Virus record (IMG/VR): IMGVR_UViG_3300042010_000106
Location: 186,001 to 250,000 of that record
Direction: 5' to 3' (one strand)
DNA: 64,000 bases
Under the pieces are notes generated by a model, which was given only the letters and a program-made list of their open reading frames with translations, was not told the origin of the DNA and ran no database searches. Shown here piece by piece: positions 1 to 9,628 of this stretch; position 1 is the stretch's first letter, and every line of letters begins with the position of its first letter. The position numbers and the translations under genes are program-made.

Positions 1-189
1 ATGTTCCGCGTGTTGACGTTTGGACGGCGGGGCAGTTTTCGTGCTGGCACCATCGAGACTCAAGCCCGCTTTCTTGTAGCGTGAATTCGGGTGACTCTTC
101 AGGTATTTCGCTTGCTGATTCTTACTCGCACGATTCAGAAACCAATTGCCTTTCGGTTTGGTCTTAGCTTTCTTCGGTTTTAGGGCCAT
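1..189 (-). CDS. hypothetical protein, runs off the left edge
   Basis: Manual translation from ATG at 189: MALKPKKAKTKPKGNWFLNRASKNQQAKYLKSHPNSRYKK...; GGGGAGGG RBS upstream; open to position 1. Confidence 0.55.
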   Translation of the reverse strand, partial: MALKPKKAKTKPKGNWFLNRASKNQQAKYLKSHPNSRYKKAGLSLDGASTKTAPPSKRQHAEH

Positions 190-472
190 CTGGCGTCCCT
201 CCCCGCGCACGTTCGTTATCCAGAATACGTGCAAACGATTCACCAAAGAATCCGTATTTTGGATCGCGATATTTGCTAACGTCGATACGATTCCTTTGAT
301 TCGGAATCAATTCGTCAGCAGTGAAATCTGGTTCCGTATCAGGCATTACAAACGGCGGGAACATCTTGGCTGTGCGGCGTTCCGCAATGGCCTGCAATTC
401 CTGTGTGGCACCTTTGAAAATGTCTTTGAAATCTTTTGGTTCCTCGCTGGCAAGGCAGAGCATGATTTTCAT
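164..472 (-). CDS. hypothetical protein with shared N-terminal tag (MKIMLCLAS)
   Basis: 102-aa ORF in tightly packed minus-strand run. Confidence 0.6.
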   Translation of the reverse strand: MKIMLCLASEEPKDFKDIFKGATQELQAIAERRTAKMFPPFVMPDTEPDFTADELIPNQRNRIDVSKYRDPKYGFFGESFARILDNERARGGTPDGPKTEES

Positions 473-732
473 CGGGCTTCACCTTGTCGATTCATACGGC
501 CCAACCAATTCGATTTGGACACGTGCATTTTGTCGATGTAATCGTGAGGCATTGTCGCCCCTTGATCTTGAACCTGTGATTCGTTGGCAAGCAGGCTTTT
601 CTTCTTTGACCGTGGAATGTCACCGATCAATTCGTCATCGTCTGCCCAGCGTGCAATACGGGCGCCGCCGCGTTGGTCACTGTCGGTACTCTTTGATTCA
701 CGGCCTTGGATTTTAAGCGAGATTTTTGCCAT
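469..732 (-). CDS. hypothetical protein
   Basis: 87-aa ORF, ATGA overlap with downstream gene. Confidence 0.55.
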   Translation of the reverse strand: MAKISLKIQGRESKSTDSDQRGGARIARWADDDELIGDIPRSKKKSLLANESQVQDQGATMPHDYIDKMHVSKSNWLGRMNRQGEAR

Positions 733-738
733 TTGTTT

Positions 739-969
739 TTACTGGAAGCGCACGGTATCCACTATATCAATCCGCGTACGTTCCGCTCCTTTCGTATTGG
801 TGTCGATAATTCCCTTACGTTTCCGTTTGGGGATTTTCTTTGTCTTTTTGCCTTTCGTTTTGTAAACAGGTGGCTTACCTTCTTTCGCATTGTCGAAACT
901 GATATAGGGCAATGCGTCCCAACGGTCAGCACTTCGACTAGTACGAGCCAATGACAATTCAATTTCCAT
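739..969 (-). CDS. small basic hypothetical protein with shared N-terminal tag (MEIELSLAR)
   Basis: 76-aa ORF, K/R-rich C-terminal half. Confidence 0.6.
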   Translation of the reverse strand: MEIELSLARTSRSADRWDALPYISFDNAKEGKPPVYKTKGKKTKKIPKRKRKGIIDTNTKGAERTRIDIVDTVRFQ

Positions 970-995
970 TTGCGTTCCTCTGCTACAAAATTACG

Positions 996-1023
996 AAAAG
1001 AGCGGGGTTTTTAGGCCCCGCCC
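996..1023 (-). terminator. rho-independent terminator
   Basis: Minus strand GGGCGGGG-loop-CCCCGCTC followed by TTTT, just after the stop of 1030..3762. Confidence 0.7.
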
Positions 1024-1029
1024 ATTCGC

Positions 1030-3762
1030 TTAGTTGTAGCCTGCTGTATTGCGGTACTCTTCTGCGTTCTCAATCAAACCACGCAAAAGATCCGCAATGT
1101 TCTGCCCACTGTTCGCGAGGTTGTCTTCGTAATCTTCCAATTCATCTTCAGGGAAGTTATCGAAGAACTGACGCAAATCAGCCAGTTGTGAATCATCATC
1201 GTAACCAATCATCGACAGAATTTCTTCTGCAACCCGAACGATTTTGCTATTCAAATCAACCTTGGCATAGTTGCGATCTTCAATGATCTTTTTCGCTTCG
1301 TCTAAAACTTCAGCGTATTGTTCATCGTAGTTGTCGTCATCTGGATTGAGTGCAACACCCATTTCCTCGGTGTAAACCAATTCGCGGGCGGCTTCGTCTT
1401 CGTCCTGTGTTTCTTCGACTTCCAAAGATTCACAATAGTTTTCGAATTGCGTAATGGCTGTGCCCAGCATTGGCAACGACTTGATTGTACGAATGATTTG
1501 ACGATTGGAACGCGCCACTTCTTTCATACTGAAACGCGAAAATGCCAAGGTGTCTTCTTCCATACCACTGGCGTTTGCTGCATCTACGAGCAGGGGCAAG
1601 ATCGAAAGCATTTCAACTTTACGTGCGTTTTCATCCGTGCCGAAAACTACGTGACCGAACAGTTTGCCGAGTGGTGGGAAATCGTGTTCCTTATTCTCGT
1701 TGTACCATTCGTAGAACGCATCGTTATCCATGTCTTCCAGCGCGACTTTATGGCTGAGTGTCATTGGTGGATCGAGCAAGCGCCCGGTTGCCACACAAAG
1801 ACGCAGAACCAATTCAATAAAATCGTTTTCGTCTGGATCAATTGGATCGCCTTTCCATTCGTTAAGCTTGTCTGCAATGAATGGAACCATGTCGCTCAAG
1901 TTATTCGCAACGCTAGGCACGTTACGGTTTACGTACTTGAGCAAAGGCAGATGGAAGTGCGCCAGCATTTTGATGTTCCAATGCGTCCAGCGAGTCGAAT
2001 CAAAGTTCTCAGGCTCTGCTTCCATGTAATCAATAATGGCCTGCTTAATATCCTTGTACATATCCTGATTGGCAGCGTTTTGCATGCACTGTTGAAACGC
2101 CAACAGTTTTATGTGATCCATGAAAAAGCGCGTGCTGTTATTTTTCAAACGTTCCATCGCTTTGAATGGGCGACGTTTGCAAACCACTGGTGCCGCTTCT
2201 TCTACCGGTATTGCGAACACGGCGTCGGATTCCAGATACGAATCATCGTTATCCAGCAGCAAACACAGTGCAAGGCCAACGGTGGATGGGCCAACGTGCA
2301 TGCCTTCTTCTACAATGTCGGCATTGATTGTTTTCTCAGTGCCTTCAAGAAGCGCAACCAAATCATGCACTTGTTTTTCGAAATCTTTCACACCGAACAA
2401 CGGCATGTAACGTGCTGCACTTGCCATTGTGTATATCCACGATTTAACACGCGGACAATCTACAAACGTGTTTTCATCAGGCAGCGGATATGTACCATCC
2501 ATCAAGCCTGCAACCAATTCACGCATGCGGGAAACATTGTGTTCCTGTTCCATTCGCAGAACGTATTCACGCAGTACAGGCAAGCCGCTTTGTGCAAAAC
2601 GCCCGTGCAAACTTGGCGGGAATTCTTTGTAAGCAGACAACCGATCCTTGTTACCGAAGTCTTCCAAGAATCCAGCAGCACGACCAATCTGTGCAACAAC
2701 AGGATTCAATTTACCCATGGAAATTTGATTGGCGTATTCTTCCGCAAGTTTCGGACTGCCTTTCATCATTTCAGTCAGGGCTTTGATATCTTCGTCATGC
2801 AATGTGTCGGCAAAGCGAGCGATGTTCGCAATGATTGCACCTGATTCATCTGCGCCTTCGTCCATGCGTTGTTTTACGTACGGGACAATCAGCGATGGAT
2901 CTTCTGCAACGTCGTCCTGTGTGATTTCGCTGGTTTCACTGTCATTAACGCGATGGTGATGCGACGTACCGGCCCCGTCGTTGTAAAGGCCGCTGACAAC
3001 TTCGTAAAAACCTTCTGGAACGTGGGCGTTAATCTTGCGCAGGAAAGTATTCAACGTCTGTGAGAAACCGGGCACAGGGTTGCCGTAAACCCGCGTCTCA
3101 CGACGATACAAAACGTCACCGTCTTCGTTCACAAATGGTTTGACCAGACAGCGGCACAAAGGCTTCTGAATGTTCGTATCATCTGCACGAATTGCGTAGA
3201 CAACCAATGTACCTTCAGCAACGTCATTTTTCACGTGCTTGTTGTATTGCCCGTTGTCGTAACCTTCGCGGAAATCTTTCAAACGCATGCAGCTTTGATT
3301 GTCCCAATTACGGCCCGTAGACATACCAATAATGTCGTACGGATGGCAGGAAACAACCACTTGAATTCCGCTTTTATGGGGATCGCCACCAGTGGCTTTT
3401 GAGTTCTGCAATTGCGGGTCATTGTCGAACGCTGTTTTAGCGTGCACGTCTTTCGCAATTACTTTGCCAATGTTGAAAACGTTTTTCTGTTCTTTGTCAC
3501 TGGCTTTAACGCATTTCTTCGCCAGATAATCAGTGATGATATACCCGGCTTTCTGCACAGCCACACGAACAGCGGGCGGCACGGTGAAACGCATTTTCAT
3601 TTGCTTACCCGGTTCCAAATACAACCGGTAGCCTTTCTTTTTACCACCTTGCGGCATGAGACTTTGCAGAAGCTTTACAGCGGGGCCATTCTTGTTCCAG
3701 TCCCGACGATACTTCAACGCAGTCCGCATACTCACAGCGGCCAAGCTCATTTCGAGATTCAT
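1030..3762 (-). CDS. large hypothetical protein (paralog of 4016..6643), N-terminal tag MNLEMSLAA, acidic C-terminus
   Basis: 910 aa; first ~270 aa highly similar to the neighbour (TDYLAKKCVK..DKEQKNVFNIGKVI, SCHPYDIIGMSTGR.WD.QSCMRL, DVAEGTLV, YGNPVPGF). Confidence 0.8.
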   Translation of the reverse strand: MNLEMSLAAVSMRTALKYRRDWNKNGPAVKLLQSLMPQGGKKKGYRLYLEPGKQMKMRFTVPPAVRVAVQKAGYIITDYLAKKCVKASDKEQKNVFNIGKVIAKDVHAKTAFDNDPQLQNSKATGGDPHKSGIQVVVSCHPYDIIGMSTGRNWDNQSCMRLKDFREGYDNGQYNKHVKNDVAEGTLVVYAIRADDTNIQKPLCRCLVKPFVNEDGDVLYRRETRVYGNPVPGFSQTLNTFLRKINAHVPEGFYEVVSGLYNDGAGTSHHHRVNDSETSEITQDDVAEDPSLIVPYVKQRMDEGADESGAIIANIARFADTLHDEDIKALTEMMKGSPKLAEEYANQISMGKLNPVVAQIGRAAGFLEDFGNKDRLSAYKEFPPSLHGRFAQSGLPVLREYVLRMEQEHNVSRMRELVAGLMDGTYPLPDENTFVDCPRVKSWIYTMASAARYMPLFGVKDFEKQVHDLVALLEGTEKTINADIVEEGMHVGPSTVGLALCLLLDNDDSYLESDAVFAIPVEEAAPVVCKRRPFKAMERLKNNSTRFFMDHIKLLAFQQCMQNAANQDMYKDIKQAIIDYMEAEPENFDSTRWTHWNIKMLAHFHLPLLKYVNRNVPSVANNLSDMVPFIADKLNEWKGDPIDPDENDFIELVLRLCVATGRLLDPPMTLSHKVALEDMDNDAFYEWYNENKEHDFPPLGKLFGHVVFGTDENARKVEMLSILPLLVDAANASGMEEDTLAFSRFSMKEVARSNRQIIRTIKSLPMLGTAITQFENYCESLEVEETQDEDEAARELVYTEEMGVALNPDDDNYDEQYAEVLDEAKKIIEDRNYAKVDLNSKIVRVAEEILSMIGYDDDSQLADLRQFFDNFPEDELEDYEDNLANSGQNIADLLRGLIENAEEYRNTAGYN

Positions 3763-3774
3763 ATTGTGTTGTCC

Positions 3775-4011
3775 TTAGTGCGAGTACACACGCAAATCGA
3801 CATGATTACCTTTGAGGCTGTCGAGAACGGCGCTAAGCAATTCCATTTCCGCTGTCATGCGTTGCTTCATTGCAACCATTTGAGGATTGCCACCTTCCAT
3901 TGTGACCACGCTCATACGCACGCGTTTCAATGCGGCTTCAACCAGCTTTGCACATTCTTTTGCATCGCTGACTTTGATTTGTGCTGCTGCTGTTGCGAGT
4001 TCAATGTTCAT
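3775..4011 (-). CDS. small helical hypothetical protein with N-terminal tag (MNIELATAAA)
   Basis: 78-aa ORF filling the gap between the two large paralogs. Confidence 0.65.
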   Translation of the reverse strand: MNIELATAAAQIKVSDAKECAKLVEAALKRVRMSVVTMEGGNPQMVAMKQRMTAEMELLSAVLDSLKGNHVDLRVYSH

Positions 4012-4015
4012 AGAA

Positions 4016-6643
4016 TTAACTCAGTAAGTCGTCGAGAAGGGAATCGTCTTCGGCATTGATTTGGTCAGCAGTTTTCACGATGCGTTTGATCGAATCCAGT
4101 GTTTCCACTGCTTTCTCCGCTGCCTTTTTAATCTGGTAGAAAACGCCGCTAACACTGAACGCGTCTTTCTTAACCTGTTCATCGGTGTAGGCTTCAAGCC
4201 ATTCGACGTAGGGTTTCCAGTAATGCTCGCCGCCTGTTTCGTCTTCAGGGAAAGTTTCAACAAATTCCTGCAAGCGTGCCAAGTAGTTTTCACAGTCACG
4301 CAGAATTGCTTCCGGTTTATATTCCAAACGGGATTCAGGATCAGCAAAGAACACACGGCCAGCGCTATCTGCTGCTGTGAATTTCGAAGGCGCCCCGGCT
4401 GCACTGGCAAACGCTTGATACGTTCCAGAGTTGTACAGAATCGAGCCAAGCAACTGGCAGAATTCTTTAGGCGTTGGACTCTTCTTTTCCATGACTTGGA
4501 TGTAACGGAAACCACGATCATTACCCAAGAATTCATCAGGCGAAAGTGATTGTGCGTTACGCATGGTCAGCAGCATCGGGTATTTGATCAAGTCAATATT
4601 GGAGCTTTGCAGATTGGCTTTTTCCAGTGCACGCAAGGTATCGAACGAATCGAATTCAAACGTGAAATGTTCCGGTGCGTTTTTCTGAACCATTGCAACG
4701 GTGCCCAACATGTTCCAAAGGATTTGCTGGTCTGGATTACGTGCAACGTGCGAACCGGTAAGCTTTGCAAGTGCTGGCGCAATTTCGTCACCTTGTGGCA
4801 ACAGAATCGACAACATGTAACCGTCAACTTCCGGCGTGTGGGCTTCGATCATCGGGAACAATTCAGGCTTGTTGATCAACAGGCTAGGAAGTTCGTAGAA
4901 ATCGTCAACCATAATGCCACTGGATTGCACAGCCGCCATCAAATCACGTTGTGTGGAATTGTCACCTTTGTTGAAGGCAAGAATATTCATCACAGCGCCG
5001 GTCACGTATTGCTGAATGCGCTCAGGGAATCCTTGGCCTACCAATTTACGGCGCCATTTGCGGAATTCCAACAGCTTGTTAAAACTGGATTGTTGAATCA
5101 AATCCTCGGCCACGGTTTCCGCTTGGGAAACGCGATTATCACGCAGCAATTGCAGCATCCACGTACAGAAGATTTCAGGATCGTTTACGGTGTTCTGCAT
5201 CAGGATCATAAGCGGGCGGAAATCATCTTCGCTAATGCCCGGTTTTTCTGGTGCAGGAAGTTTACCCAATGCGGCATGCACGCTGTCTTGGAAATCATTC
5301 ACACCAAACATTGCTGCTTCACGATAAATGTTCAACACTTCCCAAATCATTTTGTGCAGGTTCGGGCGAGCGACAATATCTTTCGTGTTCAGGCTGATTC
5401 GACCGCGTACGTAATCCAGTGCAGTGCTAGACCAATCGGCATTATCGTCGTCCACGCCTTCCAGCAATTTGCTAGCGCCTTTCGGATCAACGTGAGACAT
5501 CGCACGTGAATTATGCACGTTGTAATCCGGCATCGCTTTGTGTACAGCGCGGGCCAGACGTTTGCTGGCGAGGAAACGACCTACACCATTCGCGTTACCG
5601 TGTTTAATCCCGTCTGCAAATGCTGCAACAGCTTCAGGATTATCGGCGATCAAACGTGCACCGATTTTGATGTTACGGGAATCGACATTCTTCGCATTGT
5701 TTCGCAGGAGCATCATTTGCTCACTGGCGCGATTCAGGTCTTTGCTCAAATCTTTGATTACGTACGAAACATAATCGGGGAATTCTTCTGGACTGGTCGC
5801 CAAATATTCGTGGATTTTAACCAAGCGCGACCAATTGGTGCCGCTGCTATTGCCCGATTCTTTCAAGGCAGTGCGGCCCACACCATCGTCATACAAACCC
5901 GACGACATTTCATACATTCCGTCTGGCACATTCTTATTCAGTTTGCGCAGGAATTTATTCAACGAGTCAGTAAAGCCGGGAACTGGATTGCCGTAAATCT
6001 TGAGTTCACGACGATACATCACGTCGCCTTTCTCACTGATAAACGGCTTCAACAGGCAGCGGCCTAACGGTGTGGTGATATTGCTGTCGCCACTTTTAAC
6101 CGCGTACGCAACTAAGGTGCCTTCTGCAACGTCGTTGTCTAGCTTGTCTGCGTTAATACCGTCGTCCATACCACCACGGCCATCGCGCAGGCGCATGCAG
6201 GATTGTGCATCCCAATCGCGCCCGGTACTCATGCCGATAATGTCATACGGGTGACACGACACAACCATTTCGAATTTGGCAGATTTCGAATTCTGCAATT
6301 GTGGATCGTTATCGAATGCTGCTTTTGCAATGTGATCTTTGCCAATCACTTTGCCGATATTGAAAACGTTCTTCTGTTCTTTATCGCCGACCTTTACGCA
6401 TTTCTTTGCAAGATAATCGGTGGCTACGTAGCCCGCTTTCGTGAGTGCATGCCGTACAGCCGCTGGAATCTTTACGCTGTGCGTTCCCAACGTGCCGCCG
6501 ATGGGAAAGTAAAGGCGATAACCGCGATTGTTCCCACGTGGCATAAGTTTCTGCAACAGCTTTACGGTCGGGCTTTTCTTGTCCCAATTGCGCCTGTATT
6601 TCAAAGCGCTTTTCATACTCACGGCAGCAATTGCGATTTCCAT
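4016..6643 (-). CDS. large hypothetical protein (paralog of 1030..3762), N-terminal tag MEIAIAA
   Basis: 875 aa; shared N-terminal domain, divergent C-terminal region that looks helical. Confidence 0.8.
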   Translation of the reverse strand: MEIAIAAVSMKSALKYRRNWDKKSPTVKLLQKLMPRGNNRGYRLYFPIGGTLGTHSVKIPAAVRHALTKAGYVATDYLAKKCVKVGDKEQKNVFNIGKVIGKDHIAKAAFDNDPQLQNSKSAKFEMVVSCHPYDIIGMSTGRDWDAQSCMRLRDGRGGMDDGINADKLDNDVAEGTLVAYAVKSGDSNITTPLGRCLLKPFISEKGDVMYRRELKIYGNPVPGFTDSLNKFLRKLNKNVPDGMYEMSSGLYDDGVGRTALKESGNSSGTNWSRLVKIHEYLATSPEEFPDYVSYVIKDLSKDLNRASEQMMLLRNNAKNVDSRNIKIGARLIADNPEAVAAFADGIKHGNANGVGRFLASKRLARAVHKAMPDYNVHNSRAMSHVDPKGASKLLEGVDDDNADWSSTALDYVRGRISLNTKDIVARPNLHKMIWEVLNIYREAAMFGVNDFQDSVHAALGKLPAPEKPGISEDDFRPLMILMQNTVNDPEIFCTWMLQLLRDNRVSQAETVAEDLIQQSSFNKLLEFRKWRRKLVGQGFPERIQQYVTGAVMNILAFNKGDNSTQRDLMAAVQSSGIMVDDFYELPSLLINKPELFPMIEAHTPEVDGYMLSILLPQGDEIAPALAKLTGSHVARNPDQQILWNMLGTVAMVQKNAPEHFTFEFDSFDTLRALEKANLQSSNIDLIKYPMLLTMRNAQSLSPDEFLGNDRGFRYIQVMEKKSPTPKEFCQLLGSILYNSGTYQAFASAAGAPSKFTAADSAGRVFFADPESRLEYKPEAILRDCENYLARLQEFVETFPEDETGGEHYWKPYVEWLEAYTDEQVKKDAFSVSGVFYQIKKAAEKAVETLDSIKRIVKTADQINAEDDSLLDDLLS

Positions 6644-6645
6644 GT

Positions 6646-7038
6646 TTATTCCTCGAAGGACTTGGCTGGTTTATACACCATCAACAAGCTGCCCCATTCT
6701 TCTTTGAAAAGCTTGAGTGTTTCTTGCATCGTCGCGTCCAATTTCAGCGCCGGACGGAAACCATTTTTGTAGAAGGTATGCAGACTGGCGACACTGGAAA
6801 CTTGACCGCCAATATCTGATTTGTATTTGCTCACAATGCCGCGCAGCAATTGATTACCGTAGCCTTGCCCGCGTTTGTCTTCGTCAATAACGAAATCAGT
6901 TACGCTGTGTTTGCATGGCGAATACTTCCCGCCAGTCTTCACGCAGATGTAACCATGGGCGCTACGGTATTCGGTGCCGAAGTGTTCATCGCGTTCTGTG
7001 ATTTTGATTGACGCTGCGACAGCCATTTCTACTTTCAT
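6646..7038 (-). CDS. GNAT-family acetyltransferase with N-terminal tag (MKVEMAVAAS)
   Basis: Acetyl-CoA motif A: FVIDEDKRGQGYGNQLL; motif B-like FYKNGF. Confidence 0.8.
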   Translation of the reverse strand: MKVEMAVAASIKITERDEHFGTEYRSAHGYICVKTGGKYSPCKHSVTDFVIDEDKRGQGYGNQLLRGIVSKYKSDIGGQVSSVASLHTFYKNGFRPALKLDATMQETLKLFKEEWGSLLMVYKPAKSFEE

Positions 7039-7545
7039 TTATTCGCCTATTCCTAATCCGACTGGATCGAAAGCGCCACTGTTACCAATTGCCGATTTGA
7101 TTTGCGAGGGATGAAAAACAATCCATTGCGGATGCGTACCGCCCACGTCGTAATGGTTCAGCAGCAACACACCATCACAACCTTTGCGCAAAGCTTCACG
7201 AATTACATCGGCGCGGCCTTCTTTGCCACCGTGGAAATCGTGCGTGTGCAATTTGTTGATTTTCAAATAGCACGGCAGCACGTGACCAATCACAGGCGAT
7301 GGAAAGTTTTCGTCGTAGCCTGCATAACGACCGGCAGTTTCTGCATCACTGGTAAAGAAAATACCGGATTCGCCTTCTGCTTTATTCAGGTGCGTCATGA
7401 AAGCGTGAAAGGATGGTTTGTTTGTGCCGTGATAAACACGCAAAGGTTTCCCGTGCGCGTCCACACATTTCGAATGACCAAACCACGCTTTAAACGCTGG
7501 GGTTTCTTGTTGCTTGGCAGTCGCTAAAGCGAGTTGGATTTTCAT
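7039..7545 (-). CDS. ADP-ribosyltransferase-like (ART-PolyVal type) protein with N-terminal tag (MKIQLALATA)
   Basis: TPAFKAWFGHSKCVDAHGKPLRVYHGT, GIFFTSD, DGVLL, WIVFHPSQIKSAIGNSGAFDP match recalled polyvalent-protein ART-like domain. Confidence 0.7.
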   Translation of the reverse strand: MKIQLALATAKQQETPAFKAWFGHSKCVDAHGKPLRVYHGTNKPSFHAFMTHLNKAEGESGIFFTSDAETAGRYAGYDENFPSPVIGHVLPCYLKINKLHTHDFHGGKEGRADVIREALRKGCDGVLLLNHYDVGGTHPQWIVFHPSQIKSAIGNSGAFDPVGLGIGE

Positions 7546-7817
7546 TTATTCACGACAACAGCTTCGTTGCTGTCCCATTCGTAACGAGTGGTGATTTCTT
7601 TTTCTTCACCGTTGGCACCAGTCAGATACAGAGTGAAATCAATTTTATCGAGTTGTTCTGTGTACTGATTGATGTTGTTGCGAATTGCTTCCTGCTTATC
7701 ACCTTTGCCGCGAGACAAAACAGGATTGCCGTGTTTCACATCACGGATTTCATAACCGCGAATTTTGAAACCACGTGGTGCCATATTTGCAGCAGCAACA
7801 GCCAATTGAATTTGCAT
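7542..7817 (-). CDS. hypothetical protein with N-terminal tag (MQIQLAVAAA)
   Basis: 91-aa ORF, overlaps downstream start. Confidence 0.65.
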   Translation of the reverse strand: MQIQLAVAAANMAPRGFKIRGYEIRDVKHGNPVLSRGKGDKQEAIRNNINQYTEQLDKIDFTLYLTGANGEEKEITTRYEWDSNEAVVVNK

Positions 7818-7822
7818 TGTGT

Positions 7823-8368
7823 TTAAACCTTTGCGTTCTGTTCAGGGCGGGCATTGATCGCAGCAGCGAAGGCCGCGTATGCCTCTGTGTGGTAGTCGGT
7901 GGCGCTGGCGGTCGCTACCTGCACCGTCATGGCCCCTGTCAGAGCCTCTACAGCGCTCGCCACGGCTTTAAAGTCGCGTGCCAGTGCCCGAACCTCACCC
8001 GCTGGCAGGAAATCGACTGCGGCGGGCCGGGAGACGTCCTGTACGGCCACGTCTTCGCGGCTCTTCACCATGATGCTATCCACGCACCGGGCAGGCAGCG
8101 CTTCGTAATACGCAAACGAACCATCGTGATTCGGCGTCATTAACGCAAGGTCATAAGTCACTTTGCAATCGCTGAATGCAACGCCAACAATCTTTGCAGG
8201 AATTGCGTAAGTGTTTGCTTCTGCCAACGTTAGGTTTTCAATCGCTGGATGGAAATAAACCTCTTCTTCCATTTTATAACGACTTGGGAAATGTTGCCCG
8301 ATACTGGAAAGCTCGACGTTCATTGTTTTAGGCCCTATAGAAACAGAGAAAGGGCGACATATAGTCAC
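7823..8368 (-). CDS. hypothetical protein (no tag)
   Basis: 181-aa ORF; 3' half noticeably GC-richer; start uncertain. Confidence 0.55.
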   Translation of the reverse strand: MTICRPFSVSIGPKTMNVELSSIGQHFPSRYKMEEEVYFHPAIENLTLAEANTYAIPAKIVGVAFSDCKVTYDLALMTPNHDGSFAYYEALPARCVDSIMVKSREDVAVQDVSRPAAVDFLPAGEVRALARDFKAVASAVEALTGAMTVQVATASATDYHTEAYAAFAAAINARPEQNAKV

Positions 8369-8386
8369 CCTTCCTTTAAATTACTG

Positions 8387-8851
8387 CTATTTGTGCAAAT
8401 GAATCTGCGATACGTCCATTGGAACATACGCAATTTCAGCGTCTTTGAATCGTTCGTGGATTGCATGCAGATTTGATTCATACACGGCAATGCCATCGTA
8501 ATGCGGCGCAGGGTATTCAGGCACACTCAAATAGGCCCACAATTCGTCGGCAAAGTTCATGTGCACAGGATCGCCCAGCTTGATTGGTTTAGCGGAACGC
8601 GTATTCAATTCATGCGGAACGAAATAGGTGTTGTAAATCTCTACTGCGCGCTTGTCCGTTCGGGTATCGAATAGACGTTTGATATCCACGTGCGCTTTCA
8701 TGATTATGTGCCCGTATTCCTTTGCGTAATCAATTGACGCCGAAAAGAACGCAGGCCGGTATTCAGAAAACTTTGTGAACTTCTTTTTGGTGCCATGAAA
8801 CAAAAGGTCAGGCACTTTCGATGTGCTGGCAATAGCCAGTTCAATCTTCAC
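8387..8851 (-). CDS. second ADP-ribosyltransferase-like protein with N-terminal tag (MKIELAIAS)
   Basis: LFHGT...AFFSASIDYAKEYG...YDGI pattern as in 7039..7545; GTG start at 8851 forms GTGA overlap with upstream stop. Confidence 0.6.
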   Translation of the reverse strand: MKIELAIASTSKVPDLLFHGTKKKFTKFSEYRPAFFSASIDYAKEYGHIIMKAHVDIKRLFDTRTDKRAVEIYNTYFVPHELNTRSAKPIKLGDPVHMNFADELWAYLSVPEYPAPHYDGIAVYESNLHAIHERFKDAEIAYVPMDVSQIHLHK

Positions 8852-9030
8852 GCGGCGCACTTCATTGTGCGGGCCAATTCAGGATATTCCTGTTCGAATT
8901 TGCGCCAGCTTTCAAGCATACGTGCGGTACGCTCTTTGTTCTCTGCGTAAATGCGATCCTTTTCTTCTTGCGGCAATGCGTCGAATTCAGCGCGAATTCT
9001 TTTTAGGTCGAATTTGTGTGCGTGGAGCAT
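8848..9030 (-). CDS. small charged hypothetical protein
   Basis: 60-aa ORF, stop overlaps next start. Confidence 0.5.
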   Translation of the reverse strand: MLHAHKFDLKRIRAEFDALPQEEKDRIYAENKERTARMLESWRKFEQEYPELARTMKCAA

Positions 9031-9232
9031 TTGAGCGTCCTTTCTTTTGTTTGAGATATGGGCGATTCAATTGTGGGCGAAACCCCGGTGGCCCTGCTTG
9101 ACCACGGCAACCACCAGCGCCGTCGTTCCAATCCTCTCCCGGTAGCCCTTCGTCTCCCAATGGGCCGTGTTCACCACGACAGCCAACTGAAAGGCCCAAT
9201 AGTGCAACTGCTAACGCCAATGAGTTACGCAT
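8987..9232 (-). CDS. putative small lipoprotein with Gly-X-Y repeats
   Basis: Signal peptide with lipobox-like LSVG-C; GEHGPLGDEGLPG and GQAGPPG collagen-like triplets. Confidence 0.55.
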   Translation of the reverse strand: MRNSLALAVALLGLSVGCRGEHGPLGDEGLPGEDWNDGAGGCRGQAGPPGFRPQLNRPYLKQKKGRSNAPRTQIRPKKNSR

Positions 9233-9628
9233 TTAATCACCATTTAAAATCACTGGCGGGCACCCAATGCACGCGCCCATTTGCAGAACGGAATCGAGGA
9301 AATAAATGTTGTTTGTGAAGCTGTCATTCTGCTGTGTGGCCCAACCGAACGTATTACCGGCAGCGGTCTTTTCACCCGTCACCGCATCCACACCGGCTGT
9401 TTCCACGTAGGCGCTGTATTCGTAGAATTTGCCACCGCTGAAACCGTAAGCCATCACATTCACACGCGCTTTGAATTCACCAGTTGTGATGTCCTCATAA
9501 CACTTGAACATTTTGACACTGGTTGCATCAGGATCACCCGGTTCAAAAGAGAAGCCACGCGATTCAAGCTTTTCTATGAACTGTGCGGCTTCGGTTGGAC
9601 TGGCAGCGACTGCTAATTGAATTTCCAT
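9233..9628 (-). CDS. hypothetical protein with N-terminal tag (MEIQLAVAAS)
   Basis: 131-aa ORF, coupled to upstream stop. Confidence 0.65.
   Translation of the reverse strand: MEIQLAVAASPTEAAQFIEKLESRGFSFEPGDPDATSVKMFKCYEDITTGEFKARVNVMAYGFSGGKFYEYSAYVETAGVDAVTGEKTAAGNTFGWATQQNDSFTNNIYFLDSVLQMGACIGCPPVILNGD

Noticed and set aside
7860-8110. Local GC-rich stretch as a mobile element
   Set aside because: No terminal repeats or transposase; explained by Ala-rich coding sequence
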